This document shows, one piece after another, positions 38,401 to 51,626 of a stretch of 64,000 bases of DNA. A program made the translations under genes and the position numbers. This stretch comes from Eledone cirrhosa (Eukaryota), in assembly GCA_964016885.1 (NCBI GenBank), contig OZ024745.1:131874001-131938000 (forward strand), given 5' to 3'. Each line of letters opens with the position of its first letter. Within the stretch, counting starts at the first letter, position 1. The notes under the pieces were generated by a model. It saw only the letters and a list, made by a program, of their open reading frames with translations. It made no database searches and was not told the DNA's origin.

Positions 38401-38875
38401 TATGATAAACGAGTCATATAAGTACCTACAGAAGGGAGGTGCACATGCAATGATACCAACAGTGGTAAGCTGTTTACTCTCCTCCAGTTTCTCAACAGAC
38501 ACTCCAATGAGATTACAGGGAAGGTGTAAATTGCCTAATAGAAGAAGTTGTATTAGATCTCATGACTTCAGTAGTTTTCTTCTTGATGAATGTTTTAAGA
38601 TTTTTCTGTTATTTACCAAACAGCGGTAGATCTTAATGTTGATATTTCTTCAAGAGAGCTGCCAGAGTCTATAAAAATCAATGGCGTTATAGACAAGAAG
38701 TGAAGATAGTATTTATTTATTTATTTATTCTTGGTTTCCGATAATCTTCAGTACAACCTGCAAATTGTGCTGACTTGATTAATATAAAACGAAATTGAAA
38801 AATTATCTATTCATCTATCAAAATCACATACACACCCATGCACACACATGGCATATACTTATATACACATGCACG

Positions 38876-38910
<35 letters not shown>

Positions 38911-39889
38911 GCAATTTCACACATATATAAACTGCTAACCATATACAATCACATACATACATACACATATATATATATAAATAAATACATACACACATGC
39001 ACACCATCTCACATATATATAAACTGCTAACCAATCACAAACACAATCACATACATACATACAGAAATAATTGAACACAAATACTTGCTAATAATGTAAA
39101 TGTATACACACACTCAAACACAAACCTTTCCAAACACATTCGAACAGAAGTCTTCACCCATACATAGACTAATGGACTAGAACAGAACATACACATATAT
39201 AATCACACACATTTATATATAAACATGCATACACACCTATAGGCACATATTAAAACACACAAAACCCCTTTGGATTCACATATACTGACACTCTAAGACA
39301 GCAATACACACATACATGTTATATAACATAGACAAAGTATGATTCTTATGCTGTAGTTTTGCCAATTCAGATTTCACTCAGTTTGCTGCATTTAATTGAA
39401 TGATTCAGTTAGATTGAAGTAGATATGGGGTGGGAACAGTGGTGGGTGAGTTACTTTGTTATGATTTAGAATAGGTATTGGGTGGACTGAACATTTGGGA
39501 CTTGCTTGGTCAATGAAGTGATGTAAGGATGGACGTTTGAGTAGCTTGGTCATGAGAGATGGACAATGAGGCTGACAAAAACATTTATATGGGTGGGCAG
39601 ACAAGAGAGTGAATTATAACGGGAGATTGGGAATAACTACATGAATTAGTTGATTAGCGCTGGGTTATAAATTAAATAATAAAAATCAAAAAACAAAAAA
39701 AGAATCAGGCAGAATATTGGGTTTGAGTAAATAAGAACAATTACATGGACGAGAGACTGGGAGAGACTGGTTATAGGAATGGTTGGTGACTGAACATTAA
39801 GTGACTTCTAGCAGAAGAATAGACTGAACATAGCGATATATTAGAACTGAACATTAGAGATAAAGATGAAGGTGGTTTATACATTTGGA

Positions 39890-40310
39890 TTGGATGGATT
39901 AGATGCAACTTTTTCAGCACAGCATCTCTCCATTTGCCACATTTCTTCATCATCTCTGTGAGACTCAGTGATTTAAGGTCAGCTCTCACTACCTTTGTCC
40001 AAGTCTTTCTCGGTCTACCTCTACTATGGCTTCCTTCCACTAGGATTTCAAGGTACTTTTTCACCAATCAATCATCATCCATGTGCATCACATGTCCATA
40101 CCAATGCAGTCTTCTCTCCTGCACCACCACATGTCTTCTGCAGTCACTGCCCATGTTTCACTACCATGTAGCACCACATGTCTTCTGCAGTCACTGCCCA
40201 TGTTTCACTACCATGTAGCACCACATGTCTTCTGCAGTCACATCCCATGTTTCACTACCATATAGCATTACACTTCCCATACAGGCGTCATACAGTCGTT
40301 CTTTTGTACA
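39890..40310 (-). mobile_element. RTE-clade LINE C-terminal relic
   Basis: LHGSETWA...WYG...VEGSHSRGRPRKTWTKVVRADLKSLSL...KWRDAV. Confidence 0.82.
40125..40267. repeat. 47-bp tandem triplication within the RTE relic
   Basis: Unit caccacatgtcttctgcagtcactgcccatgtttcactaccatgtag. Confidence 0.93.
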
Positions 40311-40368
40311 TAGGGAATGTTATGATATTTCAACTTATACATCTTTAGCTACACAGGCATATCATTCC

Positions 40369-40405
<37 letters not shown>

Positions 40406-41224
40406 TCTTTCACTGGTTGTAGTTATTGCTGGGACACCATCTTCAACAGATTTACTTGATCCTATCAACTTCAATATTTATTTTTCAAGTCTGATAATTA
40501 TTTCAATCATCTATATTTGCTCCTAAAGAATTTACCTTTGAGTAGAACATCAACTGATATTAATGATACTGATAAAATATTCAACACAGATTCTCATTTC
40601 AACATCCTGAGCACAAAAATGATACATCACTGACAAAATATATATGGAGCCTGAAGGACAGAATTATAGAAAACATCAAAATAAGTTGGTCAAAGGACAT
40701 TCCCATACGTATGTGGATCCCAATAGATGTTAACTATGCTTAGTAGAACATTTTAACATATTAAGAAAAACTATATATATAATTAAAAAAAGAAAAAAAA
40801 AAGATTGAATTAATCTCTAAGTGGTTAATTCATGAGGATCTGTATGTTTAGAGTCATTTTCAAGATAAACCTCACCCCATCCATACACACATACATGTAT
40901 ATATACAACAAGCTGCTGTACAGTTTCTATCTGCCAAATGGAAAACACTCACTCAATGTGCCATGCAGTGGAACCAAACCCTCAACCAAGTGGTTGTGAA
41001 GCAAACTTCATAACCACATACAGCTATATCTGTATTTATTGGTAGATATCTTTAACAAACTGATAAAGATATCCGCATGTCATTATATGTAAGAATTACA
41101 TTTTTCACTGAGGCGTTTGCAATATACAAAATAACGTATAATTCACTTAATTTTATTTGAAAGAAGATATCAATCCATAGATGATCAGTTTTTCAAAGTC
41201 TACACCAAAAATGAATTAAATACT

Positions 41225-41675
41225 CTTCCTGTTTGCCCACTTATTCATGGGGACAGGGTCTTCAAACACTCCTTCTAGCAGGTCCTGCCTGAAGCAACCA
41301 TCTCTAACTGATCCAGCTGGATTCCCAAGCGAGACCACCCAAGCTCATAGATGTTATCCAACCTTCTTGCTTGAGGTCTAAACTTGGGTCTCCTGCCGGT
41401 TGGTTTTGCCTGTAAAATCTGACCAGCGATTCTTTCCTGAGACATTCTAACCACCTGCCCATAGTATCAGAGCTGTGTTCTCTCAATTTGGAGAAGTAGT
41501 GACTCTACCTGGAGTGACTCTCTGATCCCTGAGTTATGCACTTTATTGAGTATCCTTACTCCAAAAACCCTTCGGAGGAATCCCATTTCGACCCCTTGTA
41601 TTTGTGATCGTATTCTTTCAGTCCTTACCCAAGATTGATAACCATAGATAAGGGTTGGCACAAATATCGTATTGA
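41225..41675 (-). mobile_element. RTE (Expander/Rex3-like) LINE 3' fragment
   Basis: PTLIYGYQSWVRTERIRSQIQGVEMGFLRRV...IRESLQVESLLLQIERTQL. Confidence 0.85.
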
Positions 41676-41714
41676 AGATAATAATACAGAAACATATGTA
41701 TTGGATTTGATTAC

Positions 41715-41988
41715 ATGCTACATGATGGTACTAATACATCTCACCCACTTCTAATGCTACATGGTGGTACTAATACATCTCACCCACTTCTAATGCTACA
41801 TGGTGGTACTAATACATCTCACCCACTTCTAATGCTACATGGTGGTACTAATACATCTCACCCACTTCTAATGCTACATGGTGGTACTAATACATCTCAC
41901 CCACTTCTAATGCTACATGGTGGTACTAATACATCTCACCCACTTCTAATGCTACATAGTGGTACTAATACATGTCACCCACTTCTAA
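41715..41988. repeat. 39-bp minisatellite, 7 copies
   Basis: Unit atgctacatggtggtactaatacatctcacccacttcta. Confidence 0.96.
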
Positions 41989-42214
41989 CAACACTCTAAG
42001 AAAAAGGAAAAAAAAACCAAACAACCCAAATCCCAGTTCCACTAGAGAAATTACTCCCCTTTCCCAGTTCCAGCCTGAAACAATAAATACATAAAATTAT
42101 AGGGTGCAAAAAGAAAGTAAAACAAAATATCGTTTGTACTATTATCATTATTATCAAATGTTATCTTCATTATTGCACAGTATTGATGTTGCCAGGCACT
42201 CACTGCCCTCTACC

Positions 42215-43147
42215 AGGAGGTAAATGCAGTCAGTGGAACTTCTGCTCTTGAGTTCTATAGAGGATTATTGGTGGACAAGTGTGATGACGCACTCGGAGAG
42301 CATGCAGGTGTTCACCAAGTCGAACTGACCAGTCTGTTCCGGAGGACTTTCGATCCAGGGACTATGGATAACTTCCAGAAATCCCTCGGGGGAGCACTGC
42401 CGGTTTAAGATAAACTCTACAGGCACAAAAGTGCTGTCAGACAGACCTGCCCGAGATGTGCACAGAATGATGAAAGCGTTCTGCATGCACTCATTCAGTG
42501 CCCATGCATTACTGACTTGTGAAGTTATGTTGAACAGCTGTTGTTGCATGTAAGACAGATCTGGCTATCAGCCGAGTCCACACTGAAGATCTCCCCACCA
42601 CCCTGTTTTGGCCGTGTAGGGCAGGCAGTTTTCCTCCGTCTGGTGGCGATAGTGAAAGAAATTGTATGGTGGACCAGGTTGTAGGCACTGAAGACAGACA
42701 CTTTTTGGCCAATTCCTCACTAACTTTTACAAGTTTCCCTTGGAAAGGAAGGTGAGGGTGGAGATAGAAGTGCTGCCCCCCAGTACATTTGCTAAAAGGT
42801 GAGTGAATGTGGCAACAAAGGCCCATGTGAATGGGCTTACTCTGAGCATGCACCTGTAGGTTAGTTAATTTGAAGAGGTCAGGGGTCCCCTTCTTGGATG
42901 CCCTCGAAGTATCGTGTGGTTCAGGATTGGTGGGGAACCTTAGTCACCTCTGGGTGGTTCGTCCCCACCCCCTATTGGAGAATTTATTTTGTTATATTTT
43001 TTTTATATATTTCTATATATTTTCATTGTTAATTGTTTTTATTATTTCTACTCGAATTTATTGTAACCCCCACCCTACCCCACAACCCTGCACACCTGTC
43101 CCTGTATTATCCCCTATACTGTCAGCCCTTATGGCCAATAAATAAAC
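42215..43147 (+). mobile_element. Tx1-clade LINE 3' fragment (older copy)
   Basis: Reverse-complement similarity to 25341-26460 (gataaactctacaggca...gttctgcatgcactcattcagtg...ggccaataaa), with frameshifts. Confidence 0.82.
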
Positions 43148-43149
43148 CA

Positions 43150-43296
43150 TCATGGCCCTTTACGTTCTGAGTTCAAATCCCACCGAGGTCAACTTTGCCT
43201 TTCATCCTTACGGGGTCGATAAAACAAAGTACCAGTAATGTACTGGGGTAATTGCTAGCCTTGTGCCAAAAGTAGAAACAATTATTATTATTATTA
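43150..43296 (+). mobile_element. SINE family A, 5' truncated
   Basis: B-box, Meta-like domain and (att)n tail directly after the LINE poly(A) signal. Confidence 0.85.
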
Positions 43297-43666
43297 ATGA
43301 CGTTAACAACAACAACAACAATAATATCTTATCATTATCATCATCATCATCACTGCTATATCTTTATTGATGCTTTTATCATCTTTGTGTTTAAACTGCA
43401 TGGAATTGCAGTTGAGAAAACAATAGGAATATGGTTTGAGAATTGTTCGCCTAACAGCATAATAGTTTCATATATCGGAGTTTTTTGTGGTAACGACTGA
43501 CATTCAGTTTACAGATAGCTGTGGAAAAATAAAGTAAAAGCAAGTAAAATAGAGTTTGAGATAACAACACCAATAATGGTGACAATAGACACAACAACAA
43601 CATGAAGAACAGCAACAAAAGAAGGAAATATAGTTTCATGATTTAATTAACTTTAGCTAGTTGAAA

Positions 43667-43697
<31 letters not shown>

Positions 43698-43698
<1 letters not shown>

Positions 43699-44019
43699 GA
43701 GAGAGAGAGAGAGTGAATGAGTGAGATGTGGAGTGAGAGAGAGTGTGTGTGTGAGAGAGAAAGAGTGAGCGACAGACAGAGTGAGTGAGAGAGACAGTGT
43801 GTGTGTGTGTGTGTGTGAGGGGGGTGTGTGAGAGAGAGAGAGAGTGTGTGTGAGAGAGAGAGTGTGTGTGAGAGAGAGAGAGTGTGTGAGAGAGAGAGTG
43901 TGTGAGAGAGAGAGTGTGTGTGAGAGAGAGAGAGTGTGTGAGAGAGAGAGTGTGTGTGAGAGAGAGTGTGTGTGAGAGAGAGAGTGTGTGTGAGAGAGAG
44001 AGTGTGTGTGAGAGAGAGA
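43698..44019. repeat. Alternating (GA)n(GT)n compound microsatellite
   Basis: Direct reading. Confidence 0.95.
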
Positions 44020-44467
44020 AGGGGGAACTAAGAAAAGACAAGAGTCAGGTGAGAAAGACAGGAAGATGGAGAGAAATTTTAATAGGAAAATGATAAAAGA
44101 TTTAAGAAAGAAAAACAAACAAAAATAGGGAAAGATTGAGGAATAATTGAAATGTAAGATGGTGGTGGTGGGTAATTGTGATGGTGAGTAGGTCTGGTGG
44201 GGTGGTGGGTAATTATGGTGGGGTGGGTGGTGGGGTGCTTTTGAGTTGATGTATAAAGTTAGCTACAAGTTGCAAGATGGTGATGTAAGGTAGTTATGGA
44301 ATGGTGGGGACAGTCTGGATCAGTGGAGAGGGTAGGGGGAGGAGTGAGTTATGTAAGAGAGGTAGGGAGAGGTAGCATAGTGAAAGGGCAGGGGTAGGAG
44401 ATTAGAGATAGAGGGGGAGGGAGAGAGAGAGGGGGAGGGAGAGAGAGAGAGGGAGAGAGAGAGAGGG

Positions 44468-44516
<49 letters not shown>

Positions 44517-45014
44517 GTGGAAGGGAGTTGATTACAAAGATTGCCACCTCAGCAGCTTTAAGCTGTGGCTGCTGTGTCATATTGTAGCTGAATAAGCAAA
44601 TCCTGAATCAGATAGACACACACCTCCCCTCCCTCACAGATGTATTTTGGTAATAATATTCTTACATCAACACGGTAAAAAATGTAATTATATTTTCAAA
44701 GCCTCATGTGACATTGAAAAAAGATGGAGTTAAGCTGCAAGAAGTGGATGAAAGATTAATCCTGATCACTTAGATATATTCCGTTTGTCTTAGGCATTCC
44801 AGAAGGATTAATTCCAATCACTTGGAAAACTGGAGAGGGGTCTTAAATAAACAGTTGAGATTCACAGAATTAGAAAGGATCACAATGTGTGGAGAGATGC
44901 CGTGCTCAGAAGGACCAGCCCAACACATGCATGGAAAAGTGGACGTAACAATGATGATGCTGATGATGATGAGTACTACTGAAACACATGAAAATAATTG
45001 AAGTGGATTTGAAC

Positions 45015-45134
45015 TCAGTACACAAGAGATGCTAGTTCAATGCCATATCTAGCTACTCTCTTCCTCTCTACTCCTTCAGTACACAAGAGATGCTAGTTCA
45101 ATGCCATATCTAGCTACTCTCTTCACCTCTACTC
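45015..45134. repeat. 61-bp tandem duplication
   Basis: tcagtacacaagagatgctagttcaatgccatatctagctactctcttc at 45015 and 45076. Confidence 0.92.
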
Positions 45135-45692
45135 TGCCACCTGGTGCCAGAAATAAAGAGTAAACTCCTTTGAGTGGAATGAACTGGTTAGTATGGAAAT
45201 ATCACTAGTTGAGAGATTCCATTATTAACATCTGCAGGAAGAATGAAAATATTGGAAGATTATCAAGTAGTACACTACACAATCTTGCTGACATCAACCA
45301 GCCAGGGAGACTACAAAATAGTCATTCCAACTGCTAGAAATAGTAGCTAGATTTCCTCTAATCTCACCATGCTATCATCAAAAATGGAAGAAAACATTGG
45401 ATAATATGACCTTCCAAAGTCTTAAAAAGATGAAATGATAATGGTTGGAGTGGCCTTGATCCTAGGTCTTCTTAAAGCTGACTCAGGGCTAAACAACACT
45501 AATACTAATCTAAATCCCACTACAGTGCATCAAATGAAAAAAAAAGTGAACCAATGAGAGAGCTTTTATGTGATCACATGATCTACTAGAAAAAGCAACA
45601 ACATGTTACCATCTAGAAAAAAGGAAAGACACAATGAACACAGTAATTCTGGATGAAAAGTAGGATAGTTATCACTACAATACTTTGATTAG

Positions 45693-46272
45693 AAGTCTAC
45701 TTGATCAAAGCTAACCAAGTAGACTTGATCAGAGCTGACCAAGTAGACTTGATCAGAGCTGACCAAGTAGACTTGATCAGAGCTGACCAAGTAGACTTGA
45801 TAAGAGCTGACCAAGTAGACTTGATCAGAGCTGACCAAGTAGACTTGATCAGAGCTGACCAAGTAGACTTGATCAAAGCTGACCAAGTAGACTTGATCAG
45901 AGCTGACCAAGTAGACTTGATCAAAGCTGACCAAGTAGACTTGATCAGAGCTGACCAAGTCTATTTGATCAAAGCTGACCAAGTCTACTTGATCAGAGCT
46001 GACCAAGTCTATTTGATCAAAGCTGACCAAGTCTACTTGATCAGAGCTGACCAAGTAGACTTGATCAAAGCTGACCAAGTCTACTTGATCAAAGCTGACC
46101 AAGTCTACTTGATCAAAGCTGACCAAGTAGACTTGATCAAAGCTGACCAAGTAGACTTGATCCAAGCTGATCAAGTAGACTTGATTAGAGCTGACCAAGT
46201 AGACTTGATCAAAGCTGACCAAGTCTATTTGATCAAAGCTGACCAAGTCTACTTGATCAGAGCTGACCAAGT
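45693..46272. repeat. 24-bp quasi-palindromic minisatellite, about 24 copies
   Basis: Unit caagt(ag/ct)acttgatca(g/a)agctgac. Confidence 0.97.
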
Positions 46273-46843
46273 AAAATATCTGAAGAAAAACAACTGCCAC
46301 AATACAATATTCTGTGGACACAGAGAAAGACACAGACACACTAATAGTTTTATATAACTCTTACAAACAAAAAATAGAATACTTAGTAAATTAGCAAAGT
46401 AGTTATAAGAGTGTTTAGGGGGGGGGGGGGGTGATAAGCAGGGGATGGGGAGGATTATTGAAGACCTGAGAGTAATTTTGGGCATGGTTTCTATGGCTGG
46501 AGGTACATCTTAATACCAACCACTTTACAGAATGCAGAGGATGCATTTTATTGCTGCATAAACACTAATATTTACTATTATTCTTTGCATGTATACTACA
46601 CAGAGTGGTTCTGTTAACAGTTGGTCAGTTATGTGATGTGTGTTTAGAAACCTATTCTATTTACATGAAATAGTGTTAGATCTTAGGAATAATGGACTAG
46701 CTGTAATGTATATAATAAACATAACGCCATCTCCTGTTAATATATACTCCCACTTTTATTCAATACTTGCAATGTATTTATAATGGTTTCTGAATTAAGC
46801 ACAAGGTCAGCAATTTTCAGGGAGGGAAAAGTTGATTAGATCA

Positions 46844-47060
46844 GCTGGGTGCTTTTTTACAGTCGCGCCTCCACAACTACTTTGCAGTCGAATGATAGGG
46901 ACCCCAGTCCCTATCATCTCATTTCTACAGCTGAGGAAACTGGAGCAATGTGAAATAAAGTGTCTTGCTTAAGGAAACAACACATCACCCGGTTTGAGAA
47001 TTGAACTCACAACCTTTCGATTGCAAGGACAATGCTCTAACCACTAAGCCATGTGCCTCC
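46844..47060 (-). mobile_element. Composite SINE family B, 3' part missing
   Basis: Matches 6950-7166. Confidence 0.85.
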
Positions 47061-47149
47061 ATATATATATATATATATACACACATGTACAATGACACAT
47101 AAACAGTGAATTATATACTGATGAATATATGTGAAGGCATGTAAGTATG

Positions 47150-47188
<39 letters not shown>

Positions 47189-47669
47189 CTGTGGATAAAA
47201 TTTCTGTCTTAACTTTTTTTTTTTGAATTGAGATTGAATTATTTTCCCATATCTTACGTTAAATATTTGTCCATCTTGACGTTATATTCACTTTATATTA
47301 TGAAATACTGTTGGCTTCTTGCTCACATTCATTTTTCTATTTTCATTTATACATATATATATATATATATGTGAAGGCATGTAACTATGTATGTATCATC
47401 ATTTACTTTACCATGCTTGCATGGGTTGGATGTATACATATATATCATCAGCGTTTAAAGTCCATTTTCTACGCAATATATATACATACATATGTGTGTA
47501 TGTATATATATATATGTATGTATATATATTATATATATATATATGTATATACATTATATATATATATATGTATATATATGTATGTATATATATATGTATG
47601 TATATACATATATGTATATATATGTATGTATATATATATGTATGTATATATATATATATGTATATACAT

Positions 47670-47726
<57 letters not shown>

Positions 47727-47827
47727 CTAACCCATGCTAGCGTGGAAAATGGCCGTTAAACGAAGATATATATACATATGTGTGTGTGAATGTGTATATA
47801 TATATATATATATATACGTACACAAAA

Positions 47828-47858
<31 letters not shown>

Positions 47859-47919
47859 CATACGTACATAAATAAATATATATATATATACATTTGGTGT
47901 GTGTATATATATGTATATC

Positions 47920-47953
<34 letters not shown>

Positions 47954-48277
47954 AGTATATATAGACATACACATGAGGGTAAAATAATAGATTTGTTGCT
48001 TCAGTGTTTCTTCTAATGATCACGACTGATCTTGAATGACAATTGGGGAGCTTTGAGAATATTTGCTTTCAGAAATATTTGCTGCCACCATTTTTGAAAT
48101 ACAAGAAGCAGTTGAATAAGAATACAACCATGAATTTCATGTATTCCATGTTGAAACAACTGTAAAGAGATTATCTGTTTTCACTCACGTGTCTTTTCAA
48201 TTATGAAAGCGTTGTCAAACTTAGTTTGTGACACCAACTAGACACACTGAACAGAGTTAAGATATTATACAAGAACC

Positions 48278-48315
<38 letters not shown>

Positions 48316-48721
48316 CACATATATATATGAGTGTACATATATATACATACATACACAAACAAACACATGTGTGTGTGTGTATATATATATATACTATGTT
48401 AATGTATCAATATACATATTTAATATATATATCAAAATATAGAGTTAGAAACTCACAATAAATCCCCTATCATCAAGGGAGCTCAAGGAAGACCGAGTTC
48501 ATTATAAATCATAGCAATGAGAGAAGGCACATAATTTATATATATATATATATACATATATACACATACACACACACACAATGAATGTGTTTATCTCTTC
48601 TCCCCCATTTATTGCAACAGCTTACACTTTTTAACACAATATCTTACTTTCTTCTTGCTTTTTTTTTCCTGTTTTTTTCATTGATTCATTCATGTCTCTC
48701 GTCTCTTACTCGACTGGACAG

Positions 48722-48814
48722 CGTTTGACTTATGTCAGACACTGGGCCCTGGATGGACCAGCAGTAACGTTGGCAGGGATCAAAACTGTCAAAGTTTATC
48801 TCAATGGCCGATGA
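48722..48814 (+). CDS. Candidate terminal coding exon of an unidentified gene
   Basis: A long pyrimidine tract, then cAG|, then a GC-richer unique stretch reading RLTYVRHWALDGPAVTLAGIKTVKVYLNGR*. A second frame is open to a GT donor at about 48861. Confidence 0.3.
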   Translation, partial: RLTYVRHWALDGPAVTLAGIKTVKVYLNGR

Positions 48815-48983
48815 CCAAAGACTGTCTTTCATTTGTATTTTTATTTTTTTTAAATATTAGGTAATTCCGAAGGAAAAGCAAAAGAAAAAAGAATGCTCTA
48901 TGTGTAGACCAGAGCTATTTAATTAGAAAGTGAACAAGACGAAATATAACTTCTAGTAGTTATATTTTGTCTTGTTCACTTTC

Positions 48984-49065
<82 letters not shown>

Positions 49066-49362
49066 TGCAAATTGGCGTTAGAACGTTGGATGAAATACTT
49101 TGTAGTACTCATTTCAGCTCTCCGAGTTCAAATCCCACTGAGGTCAACTTCGCCTTTCATCCATTCGAGGTTGCTAAAAAAAGGTACCAGTTTACTACTG
49201 GGATCAAGTCTTCCTCTATATTTCTTTCTCACTTCTTTTCTCTCAATCTTTCTCTGGAGAATTCTTCTGTATTGAGACCTGGAGAGGAGATGGACTTCAC
49301 CAGGTTTAATCCTTTAGCATTCAAACCGGCTGTATCCAGCCAGAAATGTCTCACCTCTTTCT

Positions 49363-49435
49363 GTTCAGACGTAACTTAGCCACTGAAATGTGTATAGTGT
49401 ATAGTGTTTACAGTAATAAAATCTGTCATTTTACC

Positions 49436-49491
<56 letters not shown>

Positions 49492-49628
49492 CATATTTAT
49501 ATATCAGATTGGGGGCATTAAAAAACAGTTAGACCATTACTCACCAGAGTACTCCATACTAGGGTAAAATGACAGATTTTATTACTGTAAACGCTATACA
49601 CATTTCAGTGGCCAAGTTACGTCTGAAC
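49363..49628. repeat. Inverted repeat (76/69-bp arms) around a (TA)n spacer
   Basis: 49363-49438 is the reverse complement of 49560-49628, except for a 7-bp duplication and 2 substitutions. Confidence 0.92.
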
Positions 49629-49725
49629 CCGGACATCATCAGGTGTATTATTGTATAATAGGAAGATAAAACAAGAATGAAAAAAAAATTGTTTTTTTTT
49701 TTCTTTGTTTTTGACTCAGAGCTGC

Positions 49726-49761
<36 letters not shown>

Positions 49762-50136
49762 GATATGTATATATATATAGTCTCATATTCATAAAAGGAA
49801 AGAATGAGAGAAACCGATGCAAACAATAATTGGCAACAAAAATAACTCCCTTATATTATTAAGATTTTGAAATACGGATCTGAAATCCAATCTGTAGTGA
49901 AAGAACAGTACCTATTGAAAATAATAATGAGCTCAATCTTAACAACAACAATAATATTGATAATAAATAAATAAAAACAGAAATCTTTCCTTAGCTTTCT
50001 CATTAAATTATTCATACCAGTTTGTCTTCAGATCCTAAGTTGGTAAAGGAACTATTGAGAAAAATAATTATATTTTCTACAACCAAGAGAGAGAAGCTTT
50101 TCTTTCTCTCTCTTTTTTTTTTTTTCCTTTCTGCAG

Positions 50137-50256
50137 AACAGCATATGCTTTTGTTTGTTTTTTAAAGTAATTTCGTCAGAATAAAATACAAGCACATGAA
50201 GAGATTCTCTGAAATTCAATTAGAATTTCTGGAGTGAGGATTACATTGTGTTTGAG
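50137..50256 (+). other. Candidate non-coding (UTR or lncRNA) exon
   Basis: Strong acceptor (Y)30+ctgcAG| and donor gag|GTaggt, with stops in all three frames. Confidence 0.35.
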
Positions 50257-51136
50257 GTAGGTGAACAAAAGAAAGAAAGAACAAATATAAAGTTACTATA
50301 AGTTCTTTTTTTAGGTCTACATAACTTGTTTCAAAATGTCATTGTAATTTTCTTGGACTCTTTATGTGTGCGAAGAAAAATTCTAAATAAGGTTGAATTT
50401 GTTCTTTAGCAGCAGGAATAAGATACATATATATATATATATAGAAGAGCAAACATTTATAAGATCCTCCTGAATTAGATTTAGAGTTCATAGAAAAAAC
50501 TGAAAGAGTTATAAGATTTAGAGGAATTTTGGTAGTATCTGTCACACTGTTTCAACTTCACCTCTCTATAAAGATAAATGACCAAATAAGAAATGATAAA
50601 ATTTACAAGACAGAACACTACAGTAATTTCTTACAGAATTTGATGGGTTTGATTTTACTACTGAACACACCATTTTACACCTGGAGTTTCTAAAAATATA
50701 TCTTATGAGTATTTTAATGCTGTTGCTGTCAATACAACAACAATGATAATATAATTTCACTGAAAAGATAACATAATAGGCAGTTTTTCTGAATCTTGTT
50801 AAGATCTATAAAGAAAATTCAAACCTTATTAAATACAAAGTGTGTATGACGTAGAAAGCTAAAATGAAATGGCTTAGTGGATAAAGTATATTATTTGATT
50901 ATCAGCAAGTTCAATTCCATTGCAGGCATGTGGTTTATTCTGGAGCAGGAGACTTCATTCCATGGGACTTCGCCCAATAGAAAATAGATAGCAGAATTCT
51001 GAAGGGAGATTATTTGTGTCTAACTTTTTTTTTCACTGATTTGGTGGACTTCAGAACACTTAAAATATTTGTTAGATATCCATATGAATGATTCAGATAT
51101 TTGATCCTCATGAAGTTTAACCCTTTCATTACAATA

Positions 51137-51626
51137 TCTATATATATAAAACTGAGCATGTCTGTCTGTGTGTCTGTGTGTGTGAGTTTGAATCCCTAAA
51201 ACGCGAGAAGTACCCAACCGATTTTTTTCAAACTTTACATGTGTATTACTTATGATTCAGGGAGTGTTATTCACATAAAAAATTCAATTTTTTATCCGCT
51301 AGGGCCCGCATTAGGTGAAAACTGCGTTTTTTCAGCTTTTTAGGTTTTTTTTTAGGTGTTACATCTAGCCGATTTTCCCCAAATTTCAAGGCATATTATG
51401 CACATAAAAAAAATTCCTTTGCTTGATCCCCTAGGGCCCACATTAGGTGAAAACCTGCATTTTTCCTGCTTCATCGAGGAAAATCTTAAAGATTATCAAG
51501 CCATCAGAGTATTCGGTTTATTTTTTTTACATATTGTCCAGGCATGCAGTTTTTCCACAATTAGGTCTGTTGGCAGCCTGCGTTCCAAAATACCTTATCC
51601 CGTGCAATGCCGAGTACCACTGCTAG
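51137..51626 (+). mobile_element. Non-autonomous Helitron (490 bp)
   Basis: A|TCtatatatataaaa...(ctgt/tg)n... subterminal cccgtgcaatgccgag and CTAG|T. It is inserted between A and T with no TSD. Confidence 0.85.

Noticed and set aside
37293-38507. Cys-rich repetitive ORFs up to 363 aa
   Set aside because: A 32-bp tandem repeat cycling through frames, with no unique domain.
45689-46357. 218-aa (LIRADQVD)n ORF resembling a repeat protein
   Set aside because: A 24-bp array whose variation follows DNA hairpin symmetry rather than codon structure, and ORFs occur on both strands.
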